DNA of 40,870 nucleotides from an uncultured Syntrophorhabdaceae bacterium (GCA_964547695.1 CAZJOP010000001.1:1-40870), one strand, 5' to 3'. Numbered from the stretch's first letter, positions 31,712-40,870 are shown. A program made the numbers and translations. Notes: generated by a model not told the origin, from the letters alone.

Positions 31712-33376
31712 CTATTGGGCCGCCTTTTTCTTCTGCTTTTCTAATTTTCTCTTTTCCTCGTCTCTTATCTCCCTTCTGAGCAGCTTTCCTACCTTTGATT
31801 TGGGAAGCATATCCCTGAATTCAATATACTGGGGAACCTTATATGGCGCTAATCTATCCCTGCACCATCTTATAAGCTCGGCACTTCCCACACCCTTTGC
31901 ATCTTCTTTTAAAACCACTATCGCCTTTATACGCTCTCCTACCTTTGGATCAGGAATGCCCACAACGCATGCACCTATTACAGTAGGATGGTCCTGCAAC
32001 GCTGCCTCCACCTCAGAGGCCGATACCCTGTATGCCTTGTATTTTATGACATCTGCGGTCCTCTCCATAAAATGAAGCTGACCATCTTCAGTCATGGATA
32101 CAAAGTCACCCATACGGTAATATACATCTCCGTTTATATTTACAAACGAACGCTCTGTCTCCTCTGGCTTTTTCCAGTATTGTTTAATCGTGTAGGGTGA
32201 AGTGATGAGGAGTTCACCAACTTCACCCATAGGCAGGGGTTCGAGGGTGTCCTGATCTGCCACCATACATTTTCTTGTCTTAAGTGGTGTTCCTATTGTC
32301 TTTGGTCCTGGCTCACGGTCAAGAAGACTGTAAGTGACATGTCCGATCTCTGTGGAACCATATACCTGATAGAGGGGGACTTTATAACGCTCCTTCCAGG
32401 AATTAAATACCTCAACAGGAAGGGCATCTCCACCGCAGTAACAGTATCTTAAAGAGCTTAAATCATATTGGTCAATCCTATCGTTTTCAAGTATCATCCT
32501 GTAAAGTGCAGGAACCCCGAGCATCCATTTGATTTTGTATCTTTCTATTGCAGCAAGGACTGCGTCCACTTCCGGGGTGGGCATCAAAACCACAGTATTT
32601 CCATAGTTGAATCCAAATGCTATGGCAAACCCCTTTGCCATAATGTGAAACAGAGGGTTAACCATAAGGACGCTATCTTTTCCTTCATTCACATGCGGAC
32701 CAATAACATCCTCCATAATATCCCAGATATAGGAGACTTCTCCTGCATGATTTCCTGGCACACCTTTTGGAAAACCTGTGGTGCCTCCTGTATACATGAT
32801 ATATGCAAGGTCATTATAAGGGTCTATATCTATCTTTGGTGGCTTTGTGGTGCTTTTATATAAAATCTTATTAAAAGGCATAATCTTATCATCTTTTTCC
32901 ACAACGCCTTTTGGAATCTTATCGAAAAGGTATCCTATTGCCTTTTTCCAGAAAGGTAAAAGATCCACAAGGTTTGTCACTATCACCTTGTCAAGGCCTG
33001 TCTCCTTCATCACCTCTTTTACATAACCAAAGTTTGTATCAAGACAGATAATAGCCTTTACATCGGCATCCTTTACCATATAGGCGATTTCATATGCCGT
33101 ATAAATTGGAGAAACAGGAACCGTTACGGCGCCTATTTTGTTTATGGCAAAATTTGCGATAATCCATTGCGGACAATTGGGAATATAAAGTAGCACCCTG
33201 TCTTGTTTTTTTATTCCCACGAAGTTCATAAGGCCTGAGGCAAACTTGTCAATGAGCATACTTAATCTTCCGTAGGTAAACCTTTCCCCCAGGTAGATTA
33301 GTGCAGTATGGTCAGGGTATTTTTCTACCATCTCCTCAAAACGGGTAAATGTGTATTCTTTTTCAAAATTTCTCAT
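31712..33376 (-). CDS. AMP-dependent acyl-CoA synthetase/ligase
   Basis: AMP-binding motif YIMYTGGTTGFPKGV, YGSTE, and the C-terminal GKLLRREIRD Lys region. 554 aa. Confidence 0.8.
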   Translation of the reverse strand: MRNFEKEYTFTRFEEMVEKYPDHTALIYLGERFTYGRLSMLIDKFASGLMNFVGIKKQDRVLLYIPNCPQWIIANFAINKIGAVTVPVSPIYTAYEIAYMVKDADVKAIICLDTNFGYVKEVMKETGLDKVIVTNLVDLLPFWKKAIGYLFDKIPKGVVEKDDKIMPFNKILYKSTTKPPKIDIDPYNDLAYIMYTGGTTGFPKGVPGNHAGEVSYIWDIMEDVIGPHVNEGKDSVLMVNPLFHIMAKGFAIAFGFNYGNTVVLMPTPEVDAVLAAIERYKIKWMLGVPALYRMILENDRIDQYDLSSLRYCYCGGDALPVEVFNSWKERYKVPLYQVYGSTEIGHVTYSLLDREPGPKTIGTPLKTRKCMVADQDTLEPLPMGEVGELLITSPYTIKQYWKKPEETERSFVNINGDVYYRMGDFVSMTEDGQLHFMERTADVIKYKAYRVSASEVEAALQDHPTVIGACVVGIPDPKVGERIKAIVVLKEDAKGVGSAELIRWCRDRLAPYKVPQYIEFRDMLPKSKVGKLLRREIRDEEKRKLEKQKKKAAQ

Positions 33377-33387
33377 ATCTTATCCTC

Positions 33388-34134
33388 TTAAACTCCAAAA
33401 TATGCGGATTTTACGTCTGGATTATCCATCAACTCTTCTTTTGTGCCGGATAATACGCTTGAGCCGTTCTCCATTATATATCCGAAGTCAATAATGGGCA
33501 GCACCGGTCTTGCATACTGTTCTGTTATGATGATACTTATACCCCTTGTATCCCTTATCTGTTTTGTCCCGTCTATCACTATCTTTTGATAGGCAGGGCT
33601 TAATCCAAGTAAAGGCTCATCGAGAAGCAGTATCTTTGGATTTGCCATAAGCGCCCTGCCTATGGCAAGCATCTGCTGCTCTCCGCCGCTTAAAAATCCA
33701 CCCTGTCTGTGCAGATGGTCTTTTAATCTGGGAAACAGATTGAGCACATAATCTATGTTTTCCTGTGTCTGCCTTTTTGTTGTGAGATAAGAGCCTATCT
33801 TCAAATTTTCAAGGACAGAACTCTCGGGAAAGATCCTTCGTCTTTCAGGACACAGAATTATCCCCTTTTTTGCCCTTACATGAGGCTTTAAATTGGTCAC
33901 ATTCTCGCCATTTAAAAAGATGGAGCCAAATACGCTTATACGTTCACCGCCTTTCATCTCTTCCTTTTTCTTTATGTCAAGGATGATGCCTGATAAGGCA
34001 TACATGAGGGTGCTCTTTCCTGCGCTGTTTGAACCAAAGATACCTACAATCTGACCATCATTACATTTTATGCTTACATTATTTAATGCAAGCATATTTT
34101 CATAAAAAACCATCAGTTCATTTGCTTCAAACAT
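33388..34134 (-). CDS. livF: Branched-chain-amino-acid-type ABC transporter ATP-binding protein (LivF-like)
   Basis: Walker A GSNSAGKST, LSGGEQQML, LLLDEP. Position as the last ABC gene. Confidence 0.8.
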   Translation of the reverse strand: MFEANELMVFYENMLALNNVSIKCNDGQIVGIFGSNSAGKSTLMYALSGIILDIKKKEEMKGGERISVFGSIFLNGENVTNLKPHVRAKKGIILCPERRRIFPESSVLENLKIGSYLTTKRQTQENIDYVLNLFPRLKDHLHRQGGFLSGGEQQMLAIGRALMANPKILLLDEPLLGLSPAYQKIVIDGTKQIRDTRGISIIITEQYARPVLPIIDFGYIMENGSSVLSGTKEELMDNPDVKSAYFGV

Positions 34135-34137
34135 AAT

Positions 34138-34917
34138 CTATACCTCTTCACTTCCCAGATATGCTTCTTTGACCCTGTGATCTTCTATCACTTCTGTATA
34201 GTCACCTTCTGCTATCTTTTCACCGAAATTTAAGGCCATTACCCTATCTGCAACCCTGAAGAGCTCTCTTAACCTGTGTTCAATCATGATAAGGGTGATT
34301 CCGTCCATCTTTAGTTTTTCAATAAGAGGCATCATGCCAGCAATTTCACTCATACTCAGTCCTGAAAACACCTCATCGCAAAAAATAATCTGCGGTCTTA
34401 ATGCAATGCACCTGGCAAGCTCAAGTCTCTTCTGATAACCTGTTGGTAGTGTGGATGCAAGTTTATACGGCACCCTTGAATCCCTTTCAAACCCGATCTC
34501 TTCCAGAATATCCACTGCCACAGTATCTCTATCGCCATGCTTGCCGCCACCACGCCACCCCCCCAATTTCCTGGCCCTCGGTGACCATAGTGGAATGATA
34601 AGATTTTTATATGCAGGTAGCGAGTAGTACGGTCTCATAATCTGAAAAGTCCTTGCAATACCCATATGGGCGATTTTGTGCGGGGCAAGGCCTGTGATGT
34701 CCTTTCCGTGAAACAGCACCCTGCCAGCATCGGGTTTTATAAAACCGGTTATGCAATTAATTAGCGTCGTCTTGCCAGAACCGTTGGGGCCTATTATGCC
34801 GTATATCTCTCCCTCATGGACATCGAAACTCACATCCATCAATGCCTTCAGCCCACCAAAGGTTTTACTTATGCCTTTTATTGAGATTATCACGTTATCG
34901 TTCATACCTTTACCCAT
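34138..34917 (-). CDS. livG: Branched-chain-amino-acid-type ABC transporter ATP-binding protein (LivG-like)
   Basis: Walker A GPNGSGKTT, a LivG-type insertion, and a C-terminal EAYLG tail. Confidence 0.8.
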   Translation of the reverse strand: MGKGMNDNVIISIKGISKTFGGLKALMDVSFDVHEGEIYGIIGPNGSGKTTLINCITGFIKPDAGRVLFHGKDITGLAPHKIAHMGIARTFQIMRPYYSLPAYKNLIIPLWSPRARKLGGWRGGGKHGDRDTVAVDILEEIGFERDSRVPYKLASTLPTGYQKRLELARCIALRPQIIFCDEVFSGLSMSEIAGMMPLIEKLKMDGITLIMIEHRLRELFRVADRVMALNFGEKIAEGDYTEVIEDHRVKEAYLGSEEV

Positions 34918-35927
34918 CTTTCGAATTGATGATATTTTCTCTGTAGATACACCATAAGGCCTTCGCTTTTGAAAACTATAAATCCAGTAAGGGCTGCGCA
35001 GTAGATAACAATTCTGAATGTGCCGAAAAACCTCAAAAATTCAGAAAGGGGCACGAGGATAAAACTGCCTATAACGGCCCCCACAAGGGTGCCACCACCG
35101 CCTATAACAACTGAGGCAATGGGTATTATGGAAAAATCAAGGGCAAATAAAGAAAGTCCTGCCCACATATACAGATGGGCAATGTAGGCGCCGCCAAAAC
35201 AACCCATTAACGATGCAATAAATACTGCCAGCGTCTTCATATACGTGATACTTATACCTGAAGCCTTTACTGCCTGGTCGTTATCCTTTACACCCCTTAT
35301 TACAAGGCCGATATCCTCGTTCACAAACCTCCTCATACCAAAAAGACATACAAGCATTATGATTATTATTGCATAGTGTTCTATATACGCATGGGGGAAA
35401 CTGTCTATGCCTGAAATACCATTTGTGCCTCCCAAGATATTCAATGCCTCTATAACACGGGTGGCAAGTAATGGATACATAAGCGTCACAATGGCAAAGT
35501 AGACGCCCCTTAAAGGCAGGCATGGCAGTATTGTAAGTGTGCAAAATATCGCACCCAATATGGTGGCAATGGGAATGGACAGGTAAATGGGAAAATGAAA
35601 GTAAGAATTAAATATTGCCGATAGGTAGCCACCAACCCCTACGAAGAATGCGCCACCTAAACACACAAGCCCCACATAATTGGCAAGAAAATCAAAGGCA
35701 ATGGCAAGGATTGAATAAACAAACATAATGTTTATCACCCTCTTCCAGTAAGGGGCAAGCTCAAGAAAAAAGGGGAGTAAAAGCACACCCACAATCAATA
35801 GAAGCCTTGGCCCCAAAAGATACAGAATCTCTCTTAAGGCAGAGATGGCATATATACCCTCTGTCCTTACTTTAATGCCCCTGTCGATTCTCTCTTTCCG
35901 CATCATTTCCATGGCTTTAGTTTCCAT
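34902..35927 (-). CDS. livM: Branched-chain-amino-acid-type ABC permease (LivM-like)
   Basis: Polytopic 341-aa permease following the LivH-like gene. GGxxGISG motif region. Confidence 0.8.
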   Translation of the reverse strand: METKAMEMMRKERIDRGIKVRTEGIYAISALREILYLLGPRLLLIVGVLLLPFFLELAPYWKRVINIMFVYSILAIAFDFLANYVGLVCLGGAFFVGVGGYLSAIFNSYFHFPIYLSIPIATILGAIFCTLTILPCLPLRGVYFAIVTLMYPLLATRVIEALNILGGTNGISGIDSFPHAYIEHYAIIIIMLVCLFGMRRFVNEDIGLVIRGVKDNDQAVKASGISITYMKTLAVFIASLMGCFGGAYIAHLYMWAGLSLFALDFSIIPIASVVIGGGGTLVGAVIGSFILVPLSEFLRFFGTFRIVIYCAALTGFIVFKSEGLMVYLQRKYHQFERWVKV

Positions 35928-35929
35928 AT

Positions 35930-36799
35930 TTATACCCTCTCCTCAAGTTCCTTTTGTTTACCGAATATCCCTGATGGCTTTATTAAAAGGGTTGCAATGA
36001 TAGCGAGGAGGGCAACCACCATCTGATAATGACTTGACAGGAAGTGTTCTGTCAGTATCTGGGCAAAACCTATTATAAAGGATGCCAGAACAGTGCCTGC
36101 CCAGCTGCCAAGACCACCTATGACACACACTGCGATTGCAAAGATCAAAACATTATAACCTGCCTCTACAATTATATTTCCCAGAGGCAGAAGCAGTATG
36201 GCTGCAAATCCAGCAAGCCCTGACCCTATTGCAAGAGAGATTATGGCAGTCATATCTGAATCAATGCCCAACATCATCGCTGCCCTTTCGTCCTGGGCTA
36301 TTCCCCTTAAGGCAAGGCCTATTTTATTGAAGTGGGTAAAGAGGTATAAAAGGATAAAGGTGCATATACCTACAATGACTATAATAATCCTCTGATAATC
36401 CACGGATACCCCGAAGATCTCCACACTGCCGGGATAGAATACGGGGAGGGTAAAGGTCATACCCCTTAATCCTCCCCACCTTAAACCTTCGAGAATGGCA
36501 AGACCTATTGCATAGGTTGCTATGATCTCCGATATCTCCATTCCCCTTATCCTGATTACTATTAATCGATAGATAAGGGCACCTATAATACAGGTTATAC
36601 CTATGCCGAGGAAAATGGCAAAAGGGTAAGGAAATCCTTCGAATCGATTTAAAAACAGCCATGTGATATATCCTGTGGTTATATAGAGTGCACCGTGGGC
36701 AAAATTCGGTAATCTGCTTATGCTGTACACAAGGGTAAACCCAAGGGAAATAATAGCCAATGTTACACTGTTTATAATTCCATAAATAAGGATTTCCAC
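35930..36799 (-). CDS. livH: Branched-chain-amino-acid-type ABC permease (LivH-like)
   Basis: 289-aa polytopic permease with NFAHGALY motif near the N-terminus. Confidence 0.8.
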   Translation of the reverse strand: MEILIYGIINSVTLAIISLGFTLVYSISRLPNFAHGALYITTGYITWLFLNRFEGFPYPFAIFLGIGITCIIGALIYRLIVIRIRGMEISEIIATYAIGLAILEGLRWGGLRGMTFTLPVFYPGSVEIFGVSVDYQRIIIVIVGICTFILLYLFTHFNKIGLALRGIAQDERAAMMLGIDSDMTAIISLAIGSGLAGFAAILLLPLGNIIVEAGYNVLIFAIAVCVIGGLGSWAGTVLASFIIGFAQILTEHFLSSHYQMVVALLAIIATLLIKPSGIFGKQKELEERV

Positions 36800-36820
36800 T
36801 TAGCCCCCCTTTTTTTCTTT

Positions 36821-38086
36821 TTACTTCATCCAGGGCGGTAACATTATCTTACCTTCAGCCACCTTGGGCGGGAATATCTGAATCCTTTTGCCTGCCTGCC
36901 ACTGGAATATACACGTTACTGCACCTTCTTTAGGATCAAAAGATGGTATAATCTGATGGGATTTGTCAAATCTCATCCTTCCATAAACACCCATGAAATC
37001 CAGTGTCTCAAGGGCATTTATTACCTTATCGGGATCTAAACTACCGGCCTTTTCTATGGCATACTTTAATTGATAGACTGCCATATAGCTTGAAGATGTG
37101 CCGTAACCTTCAGGCTCCAAACCCCATCTCTTTTTATAAGCCTCAACAAACTTCATGGTCCAGGGCGTAATCTTTGCCGGTGCATTTCCACCATTACATA
37201 CGTTGACAATTAGATATTCACCCTTTCCACCTGTTGCCTTCCAGAAACCAGGCTGTTCAGCAGCGCACACAAAGCCAAGAGGTAATGCCTTTACCTTCAT
37301 GTCACTCCATTGTTTGAGCAACACGGCACTTTCCGGCATGTCCATCCAGATAAATAAAATCTGGGCACCCTTATTTTTTGCCTCTGTGAGCCCCAGGGAA
37401 TAATCCGTGTTTCCCGTGGGGTATATCTTCATGTCTATTACCTGCCAGCCCTTGTCCGTTAACCCCTTTTTCATGAATTCACCACCCTTACGGGCATGCT
37501 CCACGTCCTGAACCATAATGTATGCCTTGTTAAAACCGAATGTCTTTTTCATATCTTCAAGGAGTGTCACAAATTCATTCATCATGTTCAGTGAGGTATT
37601 GGAATTTCTGAAGCAGTATTTGTACTTATCGTAGTTATCGGCGACCCTTTTGTTATATAAAGGCGTAAGCGTTCCCGTTGTGACAATGCTTATCTTTTTG
37701 TGTTTTGAGAGAAGGTCCATGGCAGCAAGGGCAGCCTCAGATCTAACAGGTCCGCCAATTAAAAAATCGGCCTTTTTTTCAAGGATTAGTTTTTCCACAG
37801 CAAGAAGCGCTTCGCTCACTGGTACACCGGGCTCGAGGTCCCTTGTATCGATTACCTCCACCTTGAAGGGCCTTTTCTTTCCGCCAACGTTTACCCCGCC
37901 CTGGGCATTAATCTCTTCGGCGGCAAGCTTTATACCCCTTTCTGCATCCCAGCCGTATAAAAATGCAGTAGCCAGCGGTGCGCCTATTACAATAGGATTT
38001 TCAGCACTATAAGAAATACCCCCATTGGTTAATAAAAGACCGAAGACTAAAAACATGGATAGTAAAAAATAGACTAACCTCTTCAT
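36821..38086 (-). CDS. Periplasmic substrate-binding protein, LivK/LivJ (type I PBP) family
   Basis: Signal peptide, 421 aa, IVIGAPLATA...G start typical of Leu/Ile/Val-binding family proteins. Confidence 0.8.
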   Translation of the reverse strand: MKRLVYFLLSMFLVFGLLLTNGGISYSAENPIVIGAPLATAFLYGWDAERGIKLAAEEINAQGGVNVGGKKRPFKVEVIDTRDLEPGVPVSEALLAVEKLILEKKADFLIGGPVRSEAALAAMDLLSKHKKISIVTTGTLTPLYNKRVADNYDKYKYCFRNSNTSLNMMNEFVTLLEDMKKTFGFNKAYIMVQDVEHARKGGEFMKKGLTDKGWQVIDMKIYPTGNTDYSLGLTEAKNKGAQILFIWMDMPESAVLLKQWSDMKVKALPLGFVCAAEQPGFWKATGGKGEYLIVNVCNGGNAPAKITPWTMKFVEAYKKRWGLEPEGYGTSSSYMAVYQLKYAIEKAGSLDPDKVINALETLDFMGVYGRMRFDKSHQIIPSFDPKEGAVTCIFQWQAGKRIQIFPPKVAEGKIMLPPWMK

Positions 38087-38127
38087 AATACCCCCTCTTT
38101 GACTGATTTTTGAAACGTCTTTTAATT

Positions 38128-38143
38128 TGCAATATCTATGCCA
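38128..38143 (-). promoter_or_regulatory. Sigma-54 promoter TGGCATAGATATTGCA upstream of the liv-like operon
   Basis: The minus strand reads TGGCAT-N5-TTGCA with exact GG(-24)/GC(-12) spacing. It lies about 40 nt upstream of ATG 38086 and next to an NtrC-type activator gene. Confidence 0.6.
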
Positions 38144-38250
38144 TATGTCTGTACGTTGGAAAATCTTAATTTTATGAAGTTATCAAATAAGGTGTTTTTC
38201 AAAATTGAAATTTTTCATTGAATGTTTTTTTAAAAATTTGAAATTTTTTT

Positions 38251-38454
38251 TCAATCAGGGTTGTTCGTTGACTTTTTTCCTTGATGGTTATCGATGATGT
38301 TTTCTTTTAACTGCCTTATCTCCTTTTTTAAAAAGGATTCCGTCACGTTTAGAATGGCTGATGCCTTTTTTATATCCCACTGGGTAGCATCGAGAACTTT
38401 TATGATATGTTCCCTTTTTATCTCGTTTAGGGTCTTAAATCCCCTATTTTTCAT
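38251..38454 (-). CDS. Stand-alone Fis-type (HTH_8) DNA-binding mini-protein
   Basis: 67 aa. LNEIKREHIIKVLDATQWDIKKASAILNVTESFLKKEIRQL parallels the C-terminal HTH of the adjacent activator (LQEIERDYIIKILENTHWHLGKACEILGISRPTLRQKL). Confidence 0.55.
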   Translation of the reverse strand: MKNRGFKTLNEIKREHIIKVLDATQWDIKKASAILNVTESFLKKEIRQLKENIIDNHQGKKSTNNPD

Positions 38455-38466
38455 AGCATCTATTTA

Positions 38467-38482
38467 TGCAAAAAAAATGCCA
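38467..38482 (-). promoter_or_regulatory. Second sigma-54-like element TGGCATTTTTTTTGCA
   Basis: Correct GG/GC spacing on the minus strand. It sits only about 13 nt upstream of ATG 38454, so it would imply a near-leaderless transcript. The T-run spacer lowers confidence. Confidence 0.3.
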
Positions 38483-38505
38483 GCAGTGATTTTTTATTAC
38501 AACCT

Positions 38506-39870
38506 CTACTGGTGGGCAATACCGTAATCTTTTAATTTTTGTCTCAGTGTGGGCCTTGAAATACCCAGTATCTCGCATGCCTTGCCGAGATGCCAGTGGG
38601 TATTTTCAAGGATTTTGATTATATAGTCCCTTTCTATCTCCTGAAGCGTTAATTCTTTGTTTAAATCTTTTCTTGGTATATGGTCTTTTACAAAAACCTT
38701 CTTTCCCAAAAGAGGTATTATAAACTCTGCTGGTATGAAATCCCCCCTTGCATTTACTGCGGCGTGGGTTAGGATATTTTCAAGCTCCCGCACATTGCCA
38801 GGCCAGTCATATTTCATCATCTCTGATATGGCATGACCTTCCACCTTTTTTATATTTTTTTTCAACGTGTAGTTAATCTTTTTTAAAAGATAGTCTACGA
38901 GTAATGGGATGTCCGATTTTCTCTCCCTTAAAGGAGGTACCTTGATTGTGGTTACGCTAAGCCTGTAAAACAGGTCTTCACGGAAAAGACCATCCTGCAC
39001 CATCTGCCATAAGTCCCTGTTGGTGGCTGCAATAACCCTTGCGTTAGAATGAATCCGTTTTTCCCCTCCAATGCGTTCAAATTCTTTCTCCTGTAGAAAT
39101 CTTAAAAGTTTTGGCTGTAGCTCCAAAGGTAGTTCGCCGATCTCGTCAAAAAAAACAGTTCCCTCTCCTGCCAGTTCTATCTTACCTTTTTTTGCGCTTA
39201 TAGCCCCTGTAAAAGACCCTTTTTCGTGACCGAAGAGCTCGCTTTCCAGTAGTGTCCCTACAATAGCTGAGCAGTTAATGGCACGAAACGGCTCGTTTTT
39301 GTATGGGCTATGCATGTGTATTGCCCGGGCAATCAATTCCTTTCCTGTGCCAGTCTCTCCCTCTATAAGCACCGTTACCCTGTTTTCTGAAAGAATCCCT
39401 ATGGCCTTGAACACCTCTTTCATTATCTTGCTCTTCCCTATAATCATCCCTTCCCTGTATTCATTTGCCCATATATCTTCGATCTTTCTGTCAGCATTTA
39501 AAGAAGGCAAAAGAGACTTAAATGCCTTTTCTATGGCATTTTCAAGCTCTTCTACATCGATAGGTTTTGGTATGTATTCAAATGCCCCTGATTTTACTGC
39601 CTTTATTGTCGTTTCCATATCATGGAATGCGGTGATGATTATAATGGGGCATTGCCTTTCCTTTAATTTTTCTATCAAGTCTATGCCGTTCATATCTGGA
39701 AGCCTGACATCGAGTATTATCACATCCGGTCTGAACGAATGGGTTTTATTCAAGCCTTCCTGGGCATTTATTGCACATTCCACCTTATAACCCTTTTCAG
39801 AAAGAAACATTTCGAAAGATTCGAGAAGGGAACGTTCATCATCGATAATAAGGATCTTCCCCTTTTTCAT
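38506..39870 (-). CDS. Sigma-54-dependent response regulator (NtrC family: REC + AAA+ + Fis-type HTH)
   Basis: REC domain (IILDVRLPDMNG), Walker A GETGTGKE, GSFTGA (GAFTGA variant), ESELFGHEKG, C-terminal HTH_8. Confidence 0.9.
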   Translation of the reverse strand: MKKGKILIIDDERSLLESFEMFLSEKGYKVECAINAQEGLNKTHSFRPDVIILDVRLPDMNGIDLIEKLKERQCPIIIITAFHDMETTIKAVKSGAFEYIPKPIDVEELENAIEKAFKSLLPSLNADRKIEDIWANEYREGMIIGKSKIMKEVFKAIGILSENRVTVLIEGETGTGKELIARAIHMHSPYKNEPFRAINCSAIVGTLLESELFGHEKGSFTGAISAKKGKIELAGEGTVFFDEIGELPLELQPKLLRFLQEKEFERIGGEKRIHSNARVIAATNRDLWQMVQDGLFREDLFYRLSVTTIKVPPLRERKSDIPLLVDYLLKKINYTLKKNIKKVEGHAISEMMKYDWPGNVRELENILTHAAVNARGDFIPAEFIIPLLGKKVFVKDHIPRKDLNKELTLQEIERDYIIKILENTHWHLGKACEILGISRPTLRQKLKDYGIAHQ

Positions 39871-40870
39871 GGCTTTTCTCTTAAAGGAAGGTTGATATTA
39901 AAGCACAACCCTTTTGGCTGCCTTAAAGATGCTGTTATGGACCCGTTATGTGCCTCTACGATCCTTTTCACATTCGTTAAACCGAGACCTGTTCCTTTCT
40001 TTTTAATACTGAAAAAAGGATCGAATATATAGGGAAGATACTCAGATAAGACACCGGGTCCATTATCGCTAATGAATATCTGAATATTGTTGTTAAACCT
40101 TGTTTTAATTTCTATGGTGCCCCTTTTAGGTAATACCTCTATGGAGTTTAAAAATATATTTATCAGTGCCTGTTCTATCTTTTCAAAATCTACAAGGGTT
40201 TCAGGCATGCTCTTTGAATACATCTTTTTTACCTTTAATGCCTTTTCCTTTACCTTGACTTCAAGGACATCAAGGGATGAATCGATAACAGCGTTTATTT
40301 GAACGGGCTTCAGATTCAATTTTATGGGCTTTGCAAAATCAAGCATTTCATCAAGTATGCGCTCGAGCCTTGAAAGTTCCTGCACTATGATCTCTATACG
40401 TCTTTTATCGTAACCGTTAAAATCTGTTTTTTTTGATATGATTTGAATGTTCATCTTCACAGAAGAAAGGGGGTTTCTAATTTCATGGGCTAAAGATGTG
40501 GTTAATCTCCCTATATGGGCGAGCCTTTCCGATTCCCTTATCCTTCTTTCAGCCTCCATACGTTCTGTTATATCCCTGCAGATACCTGCAACGGCAAACT
40601 TGCCATTGTATATTATGCCCTTTACCTTGTTTTCAGTGGGATAGATATTGCCGTTTTTATGGCGCCTGAAATACATATACAGGTCTTTTGAATCCTTTCC
40701 GGCAACCCTTCTTTCATAGAGCCTTTTTACCATAGGAAGAGATTGATGCGCCACGAGGTCTGAATAACGCATACCGATCATCTCGTTTAATGTATATCCA
40801 TGGAGGTCACAGAATGCCTTGTTTGCAAAGACAATAATGCCATCCTGATTTACAAAATAACCGTCGTTTA
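39867..40870 (-). CDS. PAS-domain sensor histidine kinase (partial; N-terminus beyond the window)
   Basis: H-box SLAHEIRNPLSS and N/G boxes (NSIEV, DNGPG, GTGLGL). The frame stays open to base 40870 with PAS-like sequence. ATGA overlap with the regulator gene. Confidence 0.85.
   Translation of the reverse strand, partial: NDGYFVNQDGIIVFANKAFCDLHGYTLNEMIGMRYSDLVAHQSLPMVKRLYERRVAGKDSKDLYMYFRRHKNGNIYPTENKVKGIIYNGKFAVAGICRDITERMEAERRIRESERLAHIGRLTTSLAHEIRNPLSSVKMNIQIISKKTDFNGYDKRRIEIIVQELSRLERILDEMLDFAKPIKLNLKPVQINAVIDSSLDVLEVKVKEKALKVKKMYSKSMPETLVDFEKIEQALINIFLNSIEVLPKRGTIEIKTRFNNNIQIFISDNGPGVLSEYLPYIFDPFFSIKKKGTGLGLTNVKRIVEAHNGSITASLRQPKGLCFNINLPLREKP

Noticed and set aside
1-40870. Looked for CRISPR arrays, IS/transposon ends, integrases, toxin-antitoxin pairs, restriction-modification or other defence genes, and in-frame TGA (selenocysteine) interruptions in hdrA and neighbours.
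   Set aside because: None found. All large ORFs are intact. The only direct or inverted repeats longer than ~12 bp are the 22-bp tandem 11-mer (31577-31598) and the 27-bp palindrome with phased repeats (13916-13963) reported above.

Overview
AT-rich (roughly 35-40% GC by eye, not computed), densely packed chromosomal segment with about 45 genes. I saw no rRNA, tRNA, CRISPR array, transposase, integrase or phage genes. Gene content suggests an anaerobic diderm bacterium: Hdr-like genes, Rex, a TunR-like regulator, sigma-54 control, LPS kinases and TatA. It could be Thermodesulfovibrio/Nitrospirota-like or Deltaproteobacteria-like, but confidence in that is low. Layout: (1) 1-3039 (+), an hdrC-hdrB-hdrA-like Fe-S/flavoprotein operon. 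(2) 3049-12119 (-), one long housekeeping array: maf-yggS-argH-lipoprotein-lysA-dapF-dapA-dapB-rex-DUF350-bioD. (3) 12280-19370 (-): ftsY, a lipoprotein/zinc-ribbon pair, tsaC/sua5, tatA, a CCA-type nucleotidyltransferase, a tandem LPS-kinase fusion, a glycosyltransferase and a small lipoprotein. (4) 19604-22458 (+): radical SAM, flavodoxin-like, a long leader, a YedE/YeeE-family membrane protein and a TusA-like protein. (5) 22722-25673 (+): a 983-aa DUF748/AsmA-like envelope protein. (6) 25821-28907: a tungstate/molybdate-type ABC permease and ATPase with no binding-protein gene, divergent from a TunR-like HTH-PBP regulator. (7) prmA, NUDIX, MFS. (8) 31712-40870 (-): a PAS histidine kinase, an NtrC-type sigma-54 activator, a stand-alone Fis-type HTH mini-protein, a sigma-54 promoter, livKHMGF-like genes and an acyl-CoA synthetase. 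Most of the window is ordinary core metabolism. The items most worth a second look are these. First, the radical SAM/flavodoxin + YedE/TusA cluster and the structured, uORF-containing leader in front of yedE. Second, a 27-bp perfect palindrome followed by 11-bp-phased direct repeats upstream of the lipoprotein/zinc-ribbon pair. Third, the binding-protein-less TupBC-like transporter with its TunR-like regulator and repeat-rich intergenic region. Fourth, the orphan Fis-type HTH gene preceded by a second sigma-54-like element. Fifth, a large FN3-repeat lipoprotein in the syntenic position of LptM/LppL. All protein calls rest on motifs I recognise in the supplied translations. No database or HMM search was run.
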